64,000 nt of DNA from Mobula hypostoma. Its lineage: Eukaryota. Positions 63,072 to 64,000 of the stretch are shown piece after piece. The stretch's first letter is position 1, and each line of letters opens with the position of its first letter. Both the position numbers and the translations under genes were made by a program. The stretch lies in contig NC_086107.1 in assembly GCF_963921235.1 (NCBI RefSeq), positions 114,082,001-114,146,000 on the forward strand, given 5' to 3'. The notes under the pieces were generated by a model, which was given only the letters and a program-made list of their open reading frames with translations, was not told where the DNA came from and searched no databases.

Positions 63072-64000
63072 GACACTGGTTAGTGTACAGATCTCCCTCT
63101 GAGGGAGAGGGACTGAGAGACACCGGTCAGTGTACAGATCTCCCTCTGAGAGCGAGGGACTGAGAGACACTGGTCAGTGTACAGATCTCCCCCTAAGAGA
63201 GAGGGACTGAGAGACACCGGTCAGTGTACAGAACTCCCCCCAAGAGAGAGGGACTGAGAGACACTGGTCAGTGTACAGATCTCCCCCTGAGAGAGAGGGA
63301 CTGAGAGACACCGGTCAGTGTACAGAACTCCCCCCAAGAGAGAGGGATTGAGAGACACTGGTCAGTGTACAGATCTCCCCCTGAGAGAGAGGGACTGAGA
63401 GACACCGGTCAGTGTACAGATCTCCCCTGAGAGAGAGGGACTGAGAGACACCGGTCAGTGTACAGATCTCCCCCTGAGAGAGAGGGACTGAGAGACACCG
63501 GTCAGTGTACAGATCTCCCCCTGAGAGCGAGGGACTGAGAGACACTGGTCAGTGTACAGATCTCCCCCTGAGAGAGAGGGACTGAGAGACACCGGTCAGT
63601 GTACAGAACTCCCCCCAAGAGAGAGGGACTGAGAGACACTGGTCAGTGTACAGATCTCCCCCTGAGAGACACCGGTCAGTGTACAGAACTCCCCCCAAGA
63701 GAGAGGGATTGAGAGACACTGGTCAGTGTACAGATCTCCCCCTGAGAGAGAGGGACTGAGAGACACCGGTCAGTGTACAGATCTCCCCTGAGAGAGAGGG
63801 ACTGAGAGACACCGGTCAGTGTACAGATCTCCCCCTGAGAGAGAGGGACTGAGAGACACCGGTCAGTGTACAGATCTCCCCCTGAGAGAGAGGGACTGAG
63901 AGACACCGGTCAGTGTACAGATCTCCCCTGAGAGAGAGGGACTGAGAGACACCGGTCAGTGTACAGATCTCCCCCTGAGAGAGAGGGACTGAGAGACACC
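63072..64000 (+). repeat. 47-bp satellite array, open at window end
   Basis: Tandem monomers to the last base. Confidence 0.97.

Larger units (their letters stand above)
49613..64000 (+). repeat. Copy E: long composite unit, continues past window end
   Basis: Colinear with C and D; private deletion near 50955, private L1 and CR1 inserts. Confidence 0.92.

Noticed and set aside
22195..64000. Tandem units as an assembly duplication artefact
   Set aside because: Copies differ by many substitutions, indels and private insertions with clean junctions; read support is still worth checking.
27141..64000. Immunoglobulin or TCR cluster behind the repeated unit
   Set aside because: No V/C-domain translation or heptamer-spacer-nonamer signal was recognised.

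Overview
Eukaryotic, repeat-saturated DNA with no confidently identifiable host gene, rRNA, tRNA or CRISPR. The mix of abundant CR1 LINEs with (TTCTATG[T/G])n tails, fish-type L1, Rex1/Babar, Neptune-type Penelope elements, solo LTRs and a hAT remnant suggests a cartilaginous fish (inference). The main higher-order structure is a composite tandem unit of about 10 kb (copies C 27141-36950, D 36951-49612, E 49613-window end), with a deletion-derived short copy (B 22195-27140) and a rearranged inverted copy (A 12122-18641). The long unit contains a (CA)n tract, old CR1/Rex/RTE pieces, two unassigned blocks, and 47-bp satellite arrays interrupted by an internally deleted hAT element. Individual copies carry private insertions whose empty sites are visible in sister copies. 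Other highlights: two intact minimal hammerhead ribozyme motifs at Penelope 3' ends (plus two decayed ones), a head-to-head L1 pair forming a 2-kb inverted repeat whose arms share a frameshift, an L1 flanked by a 65-bp duplication at an apparent haplotype switch, and a Penelope/LTR/LTR stack inside one microsatellite. All family assignments come from motif recognition by eye; no database search was run.
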